NCBI GenBank assembly: GCA_038727135.1
Contig: JAVYWL010000001.1
Span: 608,001-672,000 of the forward strand
Direction: 5' to 3'
DNA: 64,000 nucleotides
Source of the DNA: Candidatus Bathyarchaeia archaeon
GTDB taxonomy: Archaea > Thermoproteota > Bathyarchaeia > Bathyarchaeales > Bathycorpusculaceae
The notes under the pieces were generated by a model. That model was not told the DNA's origin. It saw only the letters and a list, made by a program, of their open reading frames with translations, and did no database searches. Positions within the stretch are counted from its first letter, which is position 1. Every line of letters starts with the position of its first letter. The position numbers and the translations under genes are program-made. Of the stretch, positions 40,606-51,054 are shown piece after piece.

Positions 40606-40831
40606 ACCAACAAACCCCCTAATGCGTCACAATGAGAAACAGCATTACAATATAAATTTTTCCTCAGCTAAACCCGACTAACCACGTTTCTAAAGCAACA
40701 CGAACTTAACCAAACCTTTCTATTACAGCCCTATCTGCTTTTTGCGCTGCTAATTAAGTGTATTGAATCGTGAGAAGTAATATTTAAATCAAAAGCTGAC
40801 TATATCATAACTAGAAAACGGAGGGAACGCA

Positions 40832-41917
40832 TTGTCGCAAAACAAGCAAAGGCTAGAGGAAAAACCCGTGGCGGTTGTCGGCTTTGGGTATCAAGGTGGA
40901 AGACGAAAGCAAAGCAATGCCGTATACGTGACTGAAGAACAAACAAAGGCCGAGATCAAAGATACAAGGATATCTGTTTCGATAACGAAAACGGCTGCTG
41001 TTGAAGATTACACCATTGCTGAGTTAAGGAAAAAATATCGCATAGACAAGTATGATCTTCACCCTGGATATGTTTTTCCAGAGTCAGTGCGTTCCCTCAT
41101 ACCGAAAAATACTCCAGAATATGTGGATAGAGGCTTCAACTATGTTGAAAGGATAGTTCGTGCCCTGTACTATTTTAAGCAGTGCGCCCTTGTTGGTCCC
41201 AGCGGAACTGGAAAAACCCACATAGTTTATTTAATCGCCGAGTTATGCGGGCTTCCCATCTGGGAAATAAACTGTGGTTTGCAGACTTCTGCCTATGACC
41301 TATTTGGACGGTACATAGGCCTTGGGAAGGAGAACTGGATCGACGGACAAATAGTGATGTGGTGCAGAAATGGAGGCATTTTATACCTTGACGAGGCAAA
41401 CATGATGAAACAGGACATAGCATCTAGACTTAACCCGGTTCTGGATACCCGGGGCCACATAGTTTTAACGGAGAAGGATAATGAAATTGTGAAAAGGCAC
41501 CCTTACGGCTATTTAATAATCTCAATGAACCCCTTTTCAGCGGAGTTCGTTGGAACAAAACCACTAAACGCCGCTTTGAGAAGGCGAATGTCGGTCTGGA
41601 TAAACTTTGACTATCTAAGTGTCGGAGACAAAATAGCCCCCGAAGAAGTAGAACTAATTGTAAAGAGAACAGGCATTGACGCAAAAACTGCAGAAAAAAT
41701 AGTTCGCGTGGGCGCCGAACTTCGGAGGCAGTATAAAAATGGCGACTTACCATATGGGCCCTCCCCCGGTGACCTCATAAACTGGGCAACATTAATAGTT
41801 GATGGAAGCCCACCTATTGAGGCGGCGGTTGAAACAATTGTTGGAACAACAAGCGATGACGTAGAAATTCAAGCCGCAGTGAAGCGAGTGATCGAATCTA
41901 TATTCGGCTCATCCTAG
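40832..41917 (+). CDS. MoxR-type AAA+ ATPase (CbbQ/NirQ/NorQ/GvpN-like)
   Basis: GPSGTGKT, LYLDEAN, SMNP, LNAALRRR. Confidence 0.88.
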   Translation: MSQNKQRLEEKPVAVVGFGYQGGRRKQSNAVYVTEEQTKAEIKDTRISVSITKTAAVEDYTIAELRKKYRIDKYDLHPGYVFPESVRSLIPKNTPEYVDRGFNYVERIVRALYYFKQCALVGPSGTGKTHIVYLIAELCGLPIWEINCGLQTSAYDLFGRYIGLGKENWIDGQIVMWCRNGGILYLDEANMMKQDIASRLNPVLDTRGHIVLTEKDNEIVKRHPYGYLIISMNPFSAEFVGTKPLNAALRRRMSVWINFDYLSVGDKIAPEEVELIVKRTGIDAKTAEKIVRVGAELRRQYKNGDLPYGPSPGDLINWATLIVDGSPPIEAAVETIVGTTSDDVEIQAAVKRVIESIFGSS

Positions 41918-41930
41918 AACGGGTTATGCC

Positions 41931-43622
41931 TTGAACTTTTTTGATTTTGCTTGGTCAGCAGCTCTTCAAGTCACCAAGAAATCCTATAACGAACTTAAGG
42001 TTCTTCTCCACGATGATTTGAGATATCCTTATCTTGGGAAGGATGCAAGAGGATACGTCCTTCATTTAATCAAACCTTTAAGACTGAATGACAACCACGT
42101 TGTCTTCCAAGGGTTAAAATTTGACCTCCAAAACCCAACTCATAGAAAGATTATTTGGTACTTGTTTAAAGCATCTGTTTATCATCTAAGCTTACACGCC
42201 CTCTTGTCGGATTTTTCCATTTACTCACATTGGGCAAAGGGAAAACAACCAAGCCTATCCACCTTCGCTGTTAGCCTCGTTGAAGACGCGGTAATCAACA
42301 AAAACTTGAAGCAGTCTTTTAAGTGGATGCTTCCAGAAATAACCTATGCAAACGTTATCTCCTACCTCCGAATGAAAAGCGCCGAAGAACTTTCAAATGA
42401 CATTTCGCGGGTGATGGCTTTAACTCTCTTAAACTATAATCTTGGGAAAGTTAAAGGGGCGCTTAAAGACGAGGCCCTAACAGAAGTTGAAGCCATAACA
42501 TCCATTCTGCAGAATATTCAAGAAAATCCAAGTGTAAATGACAAGATAGATTGTGCGAACAAAATTTACGACGCCCTGTCCCTTTTCGGTCAAGCTTTTG
42601 AAGTGCCCTCACTTTTATACACTGAAAGTCACGGAACAAACGACCCTTTCTATAAGGAGAAATTGCCAAAAGAAGACGAAATACAGAACCTCTTAATCGA
42701 AATGTTGCAAAAAGTTGGCCAAGAGTTTATGGACGAACAAAAACTAAACTTGGCTCTTCAATCCTTAGATGGTAGCGACGCAAACCGCGCCTTAACAGCT
42801 TGGTTGGAACGCGAAAAAGCGCAAATTAAAATTTTAAATGGTTACAGGGAAAGCGGGAAAGACACAGAGTTCGAGGATTTCTCCTTCCCGGTTGAAGACT
42901 ACGCTGAATTTCAAAGGCGAAGGGAAATCTTAAGCAGTCCCATTAGGCGGATTCTCCATCAATTGAGGCTTTTAAAGAACATCAGTGGCGAAGACTTTAA
43001 GCAGGAAAGCGGGTTCGTCGATTTACAAGAGGCTATACAAGTTATTGCAAGCAAAAGCCAGCGAACGGATATTTTTGTTCGCGAGGAACTCCAGACCAGA
43101 GAGGATGCATGGTCCATACTTATTGACGCAAGCCACAGCCTAAACATGTTTAAGGGCGAGGTTAGAGGCATAGCCCTCTGCCTAGCCGAAGTCGCCAGAA
43201 TGCTCATCCTAAATCAGAACTCTTGGGGGATGTACGCCTTCAACAACAAATTCTACGTAATAAAAGACTTTACAGAAAAGTATGATGCTCGCGTCAGAGC
43301 AAGAATTGGAGGCTTAACCCACGGTGGTTTTACCTTTTTGCCAGACGCCATCTTGCTAGCGGCTCAAGCTTTGACGCGCCGCTTAGAAGAAGCCCGGGTC
43401 TTAGTTGTGGTTTCAGATTTTTACCCCACAGGATATGATGATGCAGAAGAAAAGTTAAAGGAGAACATTAAAAAAGTTGAGCGAATGGGCGTCGGCTTAA
43501 TAGGCATAGGGGTCAACAGCACTGCGGTTAAACGTTACATTAGAACGCATTGCGTTGTTGAAAGTCCCTTTGATTTAATGAAAAAGTTCACTAAAGCGTT
43601 CATAGAATATAGCGCAGGCTAA
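41931..43622 (+). CDS. VWA domain protein (NorD/CbbO-like)
   Basis: C-terminal MIDAS LIDASHS, GGFT, VVVSD, LIGIGV; follows the MoxR gene. Confidence 0.85.
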   Translation: MNFFDFAWSAALQVTKKSYNELKVLLHDDLRYPYLGKDARGYVLHLIKPLRLNDNHVVFQGLKFDLQNPTHRKIIWYLFKASVYHLSLHALLSDFSIYSHWAKGKQPSLSTFAVSLVEDAVINKNLKQSFKWMLPEITYANVISYLRMKSAEELSNDISRVMALTLLNYNLGKVKGALKDEALTEVEAITSILQNIQENPSVNDKIDCANKIYDALSLFGQAFEVPSLLYTESHGTNDPFYKEKLPKEDEIQNLLIEMLQKVGQEFMDEQKLNLALQSLDGSDANRALTAWLEREKAQIKILNGYRESGKDTEFEDFSFPVEDYAEFQRRREILSSPIRRILHQLRLLKNISGEDFKQESGFVDLQEAIQVIASKSQRTDIFVREELQTREDAWSILIDASHSLNMFKGEVRGIALCLAEVARMLILNQNSWGMYAFNNKFYVIKDFTEKYDARVRARIGGLTHGGFTFLPDAILLAAQALTRRLEEARVLVVVSDFYPTGYDDAEEKLKENIKKVERMGVGLIGIGVNSTAVKRYIRTHCVVESPFDLMKKFTKAFIEYSAG

Positions 43623-43633
43623 TTGGCATTGTT

Positions 43634-44167
43634 TTACAGCTGTTTTATCACTGAAAAATCGGCAATAAACTTGAACTTTTCTTCCTCCAACTCCTTTTTT
43701 GGCTTTACAGCTATTTTTTCTGGGATTCCATCGTGTATGAATGTGACATAAACGATGTTTTTCCCTAAACCGTAGCGTTCGAGTTCCATGAGGGAAGCCT
43801 TAATCTTTTCAAGCTTGTCAAGTTTATTCTTAAGCTCTTCGACAGCCTCAAAAATTATTTCCACCTCTCCGAAGTCGTCGGCGCAGAGCATCAGATCCTT
43901 AAACTTAACCCACTCTGCTAAGGCTGGTTTCTCTTTTCTTTCGCCCTTTCTGCTACCGCTCCTTAAGAGTTTCTGTAAATCTGACGCCTTTTTTGTCCAT
44001 TCTTGATTTTTGGAGGCTTCCGGGCTTCTTAGGAGGGTTCCTAGCCATTGGCTGTAATCGTCCAGCAAAGTTTTATACTGGTTTATTTCAGCTTCAACAG
44101 CTTCTCGTATTTCTCTTGCTGAGTAGAAGGTTCTGATTTCAGTTGTTATGCCATCCATTTTTGCCAC
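43634..44167 (-). CDS. Hypothetical coiled-coil protein
   Basis: 177-aa charged helical ORF with AGGTG RBS. Confidence 0.75.
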   Translation of the reverse strand: MAKMDGITTEIRTFYSAREIREAVEAEINQYKTLLDDYSQWLGTLLRSPEASKNQEWTKKASDLQKLLRSGSRKGERKEKPALAEWVKFKDLMLCADDFGEVEIIFEAVEELKNKLDKLEKIKASLMELERYGLGKNIVYVTFIHDGIPEKIAVKPKKELEEEKFKFIADFSVIKQL

Positions 44168-44169
44168 CT

Positions 44170-44835
44170 TCAGCTTTCTTGGTTTTCGTTTTGCAGCGAG
44201 TCCTTGACAACATCCATCGATTCCTTTTCTGATGTTCCCGCTTCCTTGCTTCCAACTATAGCTTTTACAACGCTTTTAAGCTCCTTCTTTATCTTGGCGA
44301 AGAGGCTTACGCGTGTGCTTATTTTCTTTCTGTAAAGCATTATAACTTCGGCTAGTTCAGGCATTATTACCATCAAAGTGGCCATAACAATTTCGGGCGG
44401 GTACTCAGCCAAAAAGGCAGAGTGCACTTCACCCTTTTCGTGGACAAGTATGAGATTACATTCCTCGTTTAAAATGACCTTTTTCACCCTAGCCTTTATT
44501 GGTATTTCTCGCGGCGGAATGTTGAATGAGACATTTAATTTTTTCAGAATCTGCCTCATGGACGTGCAGAGATCTCTAATTAGTTTATCTTCCTCCATTA
44601 AAAACTCGCTTAGTTGAAGGGTTTCCTCGCTTATGCTTTTCAACAGCTCTTGTAGTTTCTGCTCCAGTTCCACCTTATGCTTTTCAATTTCCTCTGCCTT
44701 TAGAACTTCTTCACTTTCTGAAAATTGGAGGGGATGGAAAAAATAAGCTTCTTCTACAACCTCTTCTTGGCTTTCTGTAGGCTTAACCCCCGCGGACTTA
44801 TCGTTCTCGTTTGCTTTTACATCCTTTTTTTCCAT
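44170..44835 (-). CDS. Hypothetical coiled-coil protein
   Basis: 221-aa E/K-rich ORF co-oriented with the next gene. Confidence 0.75.
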   Translation of the reverse strand: MEKKDVKANENDKSAGVKPTESQEEVVEEAYFFHPLQFSESEEVLKAEEIEKHKVELEQKLQELLKSISEETLQLSEFLMEEDKLIRDLCTSMRQILKKLNVSFNIPPREIPIKARVKKVILNEECNLILVHEKGEVHSAFLAEYPPEIVMATLMVIMPELAEVIMLYRKKISTRVSLFAKIKKELKSVVKAIVGSKEAGTSEKESMDVVKDSLQNENQES

Positions 44836-44933
44836 GAAACAGCCCCAGCATTTTAAATAGTACAGTTAACTACAAAAGAAGCGCCGGATAATAGAGTTAA
44901 GTATGTGGCGAACTGTTACGCACTAGGCTCTTT

Positions 44934-45401
44934 TTAACCATATTGTGGTTTATGCGGCTTTACAAAAATGAGGGCTACACAGAGATAAAGCATCATGCCG
45001 ATAAACTGGCGCTCAATGTCTGAGATGCGCCAAAACCAACTTGTCCCTCCGCTGAAGTGTAAGCCTGCTATGAACCATGCGAAGACAAAATCGGTAAACA
45101 ACTCTACAAACATAGCCATATTCGCTGGAAATTTGACAATATGAGAGTCTAAGCTTAACACCATGTAAATTGGAAAGTTGGCTGTCAAGACAAACAATGC
45201 TAATCCAGCTGGAATGCCGAAAACTTCCATAAAAGCCCGTGCATAAATATTCGCCTCCTCAGAGGGTGCACGGCAGAAAAGCATCGTTGAAAGGCAGTCA
45301 AAAAGGATAAAAGTGAAAGCTAGGATGATTCTCCGTCGCCAGTGATTATTTTTCGGGAGTATAAAGTGCTTTAGGTTTATGGATAAGCCCAACTCCTCCA
45401 T
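44934..45401 (-). CDS. Hypothetical membrane protein
   Basis: About 4 hydrophobic segments; GGAGGAG RBS before ATG 45401. Confidence 0.7.
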   Translation of the reverse strand: MEELGLSINLKHFILPKNNHWRRRIILAFTFILFDCLSTMLFCRAPSEEANIYARAFMEVFGIPAGLALFVLTANFPIYMVLSLDSHIVKFPANMAMFVELFTDFVFAWFIAGLHFSGGTSWFWRISDIERQFIGMMLYLCVALIFVKPHKPQYG

Positions 45402-45465
45402 TTCTCCTCCGTTCTCCACTTTGGCGTTGGGCTTTATTGCCTTTAAGGTTTTGGTGCACCAGCTG

Positions 45466-45491
45466 TATTTTGAATTCATATTTTGAATTCA
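45466..45491. repeat. Tandem 13-bp direct repeat TATTTTGAATTCA x2 in a divergent promoter
   Basis: Exact copies at 45466-45478 and 45479-45491, each containing the palindrome TGAATTCA. Confidence 0.6.
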
Positions 45492-45572
45492 GAAGTATAA
45501 AATATGGCGTATACTGATTCGATTTCTGGCTCTGAATTAGAAGAGGAGTAGGCTAAAATAAAAGGGGTTTAA

Positions 45573-46445
45573 ATGGAATTATCCGTTGAAAAGCCCGAAA
45601 GCATCGTAAAGCTCTACGACGAAAATAGTGGACTGTGGCGTTTTGTAAAGGCGGATAAGGGACCAACCAAATCTATAGAAATCATTGAAAAGGCACTTCG
45701 TGGATTAGGCTTGTCAAAGAATGAAGTGAAGGTTTACGTTTACTTAGCCAGAACGGGTGAGCATAAGGCTAGTGATATTTCTGAGGCGTTGTCGTTGCAT
45801 AGGACTGAGACCTACAGAATTTTGCGGGATTTGGAGAAAAGAGGGCTAATATCATCAGTTTTTGAGAAGCCACTGAAGTTTATCGCTACACCTTTTGAGA
45901 AGGCTTTGGACATACTTATCGAAACCAAAAGAATGAAGCTAAACCTCCTTGAGAAAAAGAGGCAGAACCTTGTCGATTTATGGCTTTCGCTGCCAAAGCC
46001 TGAAGTTGAGTTTGAAAGGAAAGAGGTTTTCCAGATATTGGAGGGCGAGGAACAAATAAGCTTGAAGGCAGACGAGATAATTAGCAAGGCTGAAAGTGAA
46101 ATCCTCGTCTTCATTTCGGAATATGACATTGCAAACTTTTATCATTCGGGTTTTTTGGACAAGCTTGAGAAACATCAAAAAAGAGGCATAAGCGTTCAGC
46201 TTTTAACCACTTACTCGCCTAAGACGTGCTTCTTCTTGGAAAAAACAAAGCTGAAAAGGGCGAGGTATTCGCGCTTAAATGCTGATGAACTGCCGACCTT
46301 TATTTTGGCAGACAGCGAACACCTACTCCTCCTAATTAGAAAGGAGAACGGCAAAAAGAAAGTTGCAGCCTTATGGACGAACTACGACGCTTTCATAAAA
46401 GCCCTAAAAACGCTCTTTAACGAGTTGTGGAACAACGATGCGTGA
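45573..46445 (+). CDS. TrmB family transcriptional regulator
   Basis: GLSKNEVKVYVYL..TYRILRDLEKRGLI..KPLKF HTH; C-terminal effector domain ending LFNELW. Confidence 0.9.
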   Translation: MELSVEKPESIVKLYDENSGLWRFVKADKGPTKSIEIIEKALRGLGLSKNEVKVYVYLARTGEHKASDISEALSLHRTETYRILRDLEKRGLISSVFEKPLKFIATPFEKALDILIETKRMKLNLLEKKRQNLVDLWLSLPKPEVEFERKEVFQILEGEEQISLKADEIISKAESEILVFISEYDIANFYHSGFLDKLEKHQKRGISVQLLTTYSPKTCFFLEKTKLKRARYSRLNADELPTFILADSEHLLLLIRKENGKKKVAALWTNYDAFIKALKTLFNELWNNDA

Positions 46446-47952
46446 ATTTTAACTTGCCCATTTTAATCTTTATTTCTTGCCAAACTGCCTTTGTAAGCAT
46501 CCTTGCATCCGCATCTATCGTGGAAAGTAGTGCAAAGTAGCAGATTCCGCCAAAGGCTGTTAAGCCCAAAATCTGATGAACTTTGGCTTTGCCTGGTTGA
46601 AGCTCAAGCGCCTCTTTAGTTATGAAAAGAACTCCGCTCATGATTATTGAGACAAAAACATATTTAGCAATATTTTTCCACGGGACTTCTATTTTCGCCA
46701 TTTTTTGGACCATGGCATATAATATCAAGAACATTGCGAAGCGGGCTGCCGAATTTATTATGGCAACTGCAAGCGCGGATTGCACAGGTTGGCTTTGTGT
46801 GTAAGTAGTTAGTACATAGTATGTGAGTGGTATGGTTATTGCCGAGTGAATATAGGGCAGCGAGAAGGCTATAAACAGTCTGCTTTCTACGAGTTCTTTG
46901 AAGGGTATTTTCGTCTCTTCGTCTATTCTTTCATACCCGTAGAGTACAAAGCTGTAAAGTGTAGAGATTGTAACAACAAGGGAGTCTATGGCTAAAACGG
47001 TTAGTACTAACCAAGCTTCTGTATATTCTTTTTTGAGGATAGTTAGATATAGTTCTGGTAATGTTAGGGCTCCGGCGGTCATGGGGATTGCGAACATCAA
47101 GACTGTCTTTATGGATGTTGTGATGTCTTGGCTGCTTTTTTCCGCCAAAAGTTTTGGATATAAAGCGAAGGCTAGGAAAGACGAGTATGTTATTATGTTT
47201 GCTATTTGGAAGGCTGCACCGTAATTGCTTCTGGCTGTTTCTCCCCCGTATGTGAAGAGCATTATGAAGATGAAGGAGGCTATTTGGTTGCCAAGAACAT
47301 TGTAGATGTTTGCAACCGAGCCTTTTACCCACTCTTTCATGTAAGCCCATTTAACGCTTTGTTTAAGGTCTTCGGCAAGCAGTTTCAGGTAGAAGATTAT
47401 TTGTGTTGCGATGGCTGTGGTTAGGCTTATTATGGCTCCTTCTAATGGTTTTTGAAGCTTGATTATAAGTATGTATCCAAGCAATACTTTGCATACTTCC
47501 GCTATTAGGAGTCCATAGCCGAGTGTTTGGGGTTTTTTGGCTCTTAAGCAAGCTTCAAAAGCATTTAGCAGGTGGAGTTCAACTATTTGAATTGAGACCA
47601 GCATGTAAAGGCTTATGTAATTTTGCACACCGAGTGCTGTTACTATCAATGGTATAAGCGGTAAATAAATGATTGTTGCAGCTATGGAAACGGCTAAGTT
47701 TGCAACTATGCCAGTTTTAACGGCTCCTTTTTCTTGTCTGGCTACAAAACGCATAGTCCAGAAAGGCAATATTCCAGCGAGGATTGTGAAATAAGCCAGC
47801 ACATCATTTATGTTAAACCAAACCCCATACTCCGACGGGTTAGTGGAACGGGCTATCATATACTGGAAAGCCAAACCAGTGGCAACGCTCACCAATTTAG
47901 CAGCAAAAATAACAAAACCAGAATACTGAACGCGGATCTCGTTTTTAGCCAA
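46417..47952 (-). CDS. Oligosaccharide flippase (MOP/Wzx-like)
   Basis: About 14 TM, N-terminal ARSTNPSEYGVW; sits at the end of a glycosyltransferase cluster. Confidence 0.78.
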   Translation of the reverse strand: MAKNEIRVQYSGFVIFAAKLVSVATGLAFQYMIARSTNPSEYGVWFNINDVLAYFTILAGILPFWTMRFVARQEKGAVKTGIVANLAVSIAATIIYLPLIPLIVTALGVQNYISLYMLVSIQIVELHLLNAFEACLRAKKPQTLGYGLLIAEVCKVLLGYILIIKLQKPLEGAIISLTTAIATQIIFYLKLLAEDLKQSVKWAYMKEWVKGSVANIYNVLGNQIASFIFIMLFTYGGETARSNYGAAFQIANIITYSSFLAFALYPKLLAEKSSQDITTSIKTVLMFAIPMTAGALTLPELYLTILKKEYTEAWLVLTVLAIDSLVVTISTLYSFVLYGYERIDEETKIPFKELVESRLFIAFSLPYIHSAITIPLTYYVLTTYTQSQPVQSALAVAIINSAARFAMFLILYAMVQKMAKIEVPWKNIAKYVFVSIIMSGVLFITKEALELQPGKAKVHQILGLTAFGGICYFALLSTIDADARMLTKAVWQEIKIKMGKLKFTHRCSTTR

Positions 47953-48126
47953 TCACTCACCCATAGCTGTTATCACGCGATCTTTGGCACCCGATTTTGT
48001 TCTTTTTGAATATTAAACATAACCATCTTTATGGTGAAATTAAATCTTCGCGTGTGGTATGTAATTGTTTTGGTGTATTTTAGCCTGAAGACTTAAGAGT
48101 TTTCAAAAAGGTGTTGATGTTGTGGC

Positions 48127-48861
48127 TTATTTTCCATATAGGAGTCTTTTTAATTGTGCTCTAAAAACCCAGCCGGCGAAATCATAACGTTTAGGCCTTT
48201 TAATTATTGCTGTAAAGTAACCTAAAATTGTGAAGATATTTCTAATATCGTAGCGTACAACTTCAGCGACGTGAGCCGGTTCATAGCCAAGTTTGTACAT
48301 TTCAATCCCGCGGGTAAAATAGTATCTCCATGTATGATGGGCTCCGCTCTTTCTTTTTAATATTGGCGGCAACGCCCATGTTAGCACGCTATAACCTTGG
48401 CATAGAAGTTTGAGTCCCGTATGCGTGTCTTCAAACGCCGTTTCAACAAATCGGCCATTAAAAATTCTGAGGAAGCAACTCATTTTTAGTAACATGGCGT
48501 ATCCAGCTTTACCCACATAATCGGCATTTACTTTTAAATTTTCTTCAATGAAGCGCTTTGGCAAAACTGTGTCTGCGTCTACCCTTAAAAGGTAGTCATA
48601 ACTATTTAGATTTACCATGGACAAGGCATAGTTAAGGGCGGTGGCAATTCTTTTTCCAAGAGGATCCTGGAAATTTGGTTTAATATAAAAAATTTCCACA
48701 ACACCTTTACCGCTTGTTGAAACCAGTTTCCTATATAATTCCTCAGATCCGACAGCGACAAGAATTTTTGAAACTTTAATTGTTTGACTCATTAAACTCT
48801 TAATAGTATCAGTTGGGTCATCATTTAGGGTTGGTATGACCGCTAATATTCTCGGCTTCAA
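48127..48861 (-). CDS. Glycosyltransferase family 2
   Basis: VIPTLND, YLLRVDADT (DxD), FEDT. Confidence 0.85.
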   Translation of the reverse strand: MKPRILAVIPTLNDDPTDTIKSLMSQTIKVSKILVAVGSEELYRKLVSTSGKGVVEIFYIKPNFQDPLGKRIATALNYALSMVNLNSYDYLLRVDADTVLPKRFIEENLKVNADYVGKAGYAMLLKMSCFLRIFNGRFVETAFEDTHTGLKLLCQGYSVLTWALPPILKRKSGAHHTWRYYFTRGIEMYKLGYEPAHVAEVVRYDIRNIFTILGYFTAIIKRPKRYDFAGWVFRAQLKRLLYGK

Positions 48862-48875
48862 ATAAGGCCCCTAAA

Positions 48876-49817
48876 TTAAATTAACGCATTGTAAATGTTT
48901 AGCAGTTTCTTAACAACGTTTTCTGGCTTATGGTGTTTTTCCAAGTATTTGTTTTCTTTTTGCCATAGGTTGACGTTCGAATCGTATATTTCTTCGATGA
49001 TTTTTCCTTCAGTATTGATATTTTTTAATGGAAAATCTTTGTATTCTGGGTATTCTGATGAGACATATGTTATTGCTGGTCTGCCGCATGCTATGGCCTC
49101 TAATGAAACCATTCCCAGCGATCCCAATTTGAACCTGTCAATCACAACATCAGCGTTCCAATAATACTCGCGCATTTTTTCGTGATGAACTTTTGGAAGA
49201 ATGTTTAAACGCAAGCCCAGAGAACGCGCTAAAGCCAGGGTTTTTTCAAAATCCACGCCGTGTTTAATAATGCTGACTTCAACTTCGTTTTTAACTTTGC
49301 TTAGAGCCCTTATTGCAATATCCGTGCCCTTAACAGCCCAATTACAGTCACTAGCAATAAGCACCCTCTTTTTACCGCCATGTTCAACCATGGGCTTCGG
49401 GTAAAAAAGCTGCATGTCTACGGGATTTGGCAAGTACTCCGCATCCTCCCTAAACCTTTTGGCTACGGCAAGAATGTCCGGCGTACTAACCAAAACTTTG
49501 TCGCAACTTATCAAATTGTGCTTAACTATTCTGCCCCAAACAGAGTGCTTAAGAACCGCCCTCAAATCGCTGCCGTGGGCATGCCCAACCAGAGGCTTTT
49601 TCCCAAAACGCGCAGCCAAATAGCAATCCTGAAGAAGATAATGCACATGATAAACGTCGCCCTTAGCCCTCAAAATTTTATAGGTTAAACCAAAAGTTTT
49701 ACTCCAAAAACCCCTCGTCCGCCTAATATGCAACTTCTCCACAGCACTTGGCATGTACTTCAGTAAGGTTTCGCCAACATAAGCACAATCATTAATCATA
49801 ACCACCCTCATAACCAT
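48876..49817 (-). CDS. Glycosyltransferase family 4
   Basis: HAHGSDLR, KGTDIAI, GMVSLEAIACGRP. Confidence 0.88.
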   Translation of the reverse strand: MVMRVVMINDCAYVGETLLKYMPSAVEKLHIRRTRGFWSKTFGLTYKILRAKGDVYHVHYLLQDCYLAARFGKKPLVGHAHGSDLRAVLKHSVWGRIVKHNLISCDKVLVSTPDILAVAKRFREDAEYLPNPVDMQLFYPKPMVEHGGKKRVLIASDCNWAVKGTDIAIRALSKVKNEVEVSIIKHGVDFEKTLALARSLGLRLNILPKVHHEKMREYYWNADVVIDRFKLGSLGMVSLEAIACGRPAITYVSSEYPEYKDFPLKNINTEGKIIEEIYDSNVNLWQKENKYLEKHHKPENVVKKLLNIYNALI

Positions 49818-49832
49818 AACTCATCCTCAAAT

Positions 49833-51038
49833 TTATCGGTCGAGAAGATATTTGCGGATAACATGTAACTCATATTTCGCGATATCGTCCCAGCTATAAC
49901 TTTTGGTTAATTTGATATATTCACCTTTTAATTTTTCTCTGAATGACTCATCTTTAAGTAGCTTTAAAACACTGACTGCGAGTTGTTTGACGTCTCCCTT
50001 ATCGACATATATTATCATGTCCCCGTATGCCCCCTTATAATTTGGAAGGTCATAAGCGATTACAGGAATCCCGCAAGCGATGGCTTCACATAATGCTAGA
50101 GGGCTTCCCTCTAAGTAACTTGGAAAAACAAAAATTTTACTTTGGCTTAAGAGTTTATATTTCTCCACTTCCGGAACGAAGCCTGAAAAAATAATGTTTT
50201 CTTGTAGGTTATATTTTTTGACTAAGGATTTTACCTTTTCAAAGTACAGCCCGTCTCCTTTCCCGATGATAAGAAGCCTTGCGTCTGGTTTCTCTGTAGT
50301 AACGATTTTCCACGCTTTAATCAGGTCAATTACACCTTTACGTGGTATAATGCTCCCGAGAAAGCACGCATCAAATTTCTTATGGGTAGATGTTTTTGTA
50401 GCTATTTTTCGGACTAATGAATAATCAACTCCAACATTTATTACAAATATTCTCCGTTCATTTACTCCGAGCTTTATAAGTAGCTTTTTAATGTGAGGAG
50501 AAACAGAAAAGATAAGGTCTACTTTTTTAAATAACAAAAAATTTCTCAGCATTTTTTTAAAAAAGAAGAACAATCGACCGGGTACATCTCCTATATATAT
50601 GGTTCCACTTCTGGCCTCTGAGCATGCAAAAACTTGTTTAAGAGAGCTTGTAATCCCTGTGTCCTCTGGACTTAAAAGATTAACGCCACATATTAATGGT
50701 GCTTTGAATTTCTTTTTCAAGGCAACCGAAGCTAAAACACAAAGAAATTTTTCTTCTGGACAATAAATGAAGTCAAAACTGAAATTTGGAATTGCATTAA
50801 GCATATTTATTGCGGTTATGAAATCCTCCAATCCGCCAATTTTAAAACGTGCTTTCTTGAAAAGGTGGAAATTGGCTGTTAATCCAAACTTTTTACAAAG
50901 AGCAACCGTCACGTTATCCGCAATTATGCATATTTCGTTACCCGATTTTCTCCATACTTTGCATATCTCAATAAACTGTCTTTCACCTCCAGTATAGAAT
51001 TCAGAACTACCAGCCAAAAACAAGCACAAAATTTTCAA
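49833..51038 (-). CDS. Glycosyltransferase family 4
   Basis: RKGVIDLI, FPSYLEGSPLALCEAIACGIP. Confidence 0.9.
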   Translation of the reverse strand: MKILCLFLAGSSEFYTGGERQFIEICKVWRKSGNEICIIADNVTVALCKKFGLTANFHLFKKARFKIGGLEDFITAINMLNAIPNFSFDFIYCPEEKFLCVLASVALKKKFKAPLICGVNLLSPEDTGITSSLKQVFACSEARSGTIYIGDVPGRLFFFFKKMLRNFLLFKKVDLIFSVSPHIKKLLIKLGVNERRIFVINVGVDYSLVRKIATKTSTHKKFDACFLGSIIPRKGVIDLIKAWKIVTTEKPDARLLIIGKGDGLYFEKVKSLVKKYNLQENIIFSGFVPEVEKYKLLSQSKIFVFPSYLEGSPLALCEAIACGIPVIAYDLPNYKGAYGDMIIYVDKGDVKQLAVSVLKLLKDESFREKLKGEYIKLTKSYSWDDIAKYELHVIRKYLLDR

Positions 51039-51054
51039 TTTAATGTCCCTTCAA

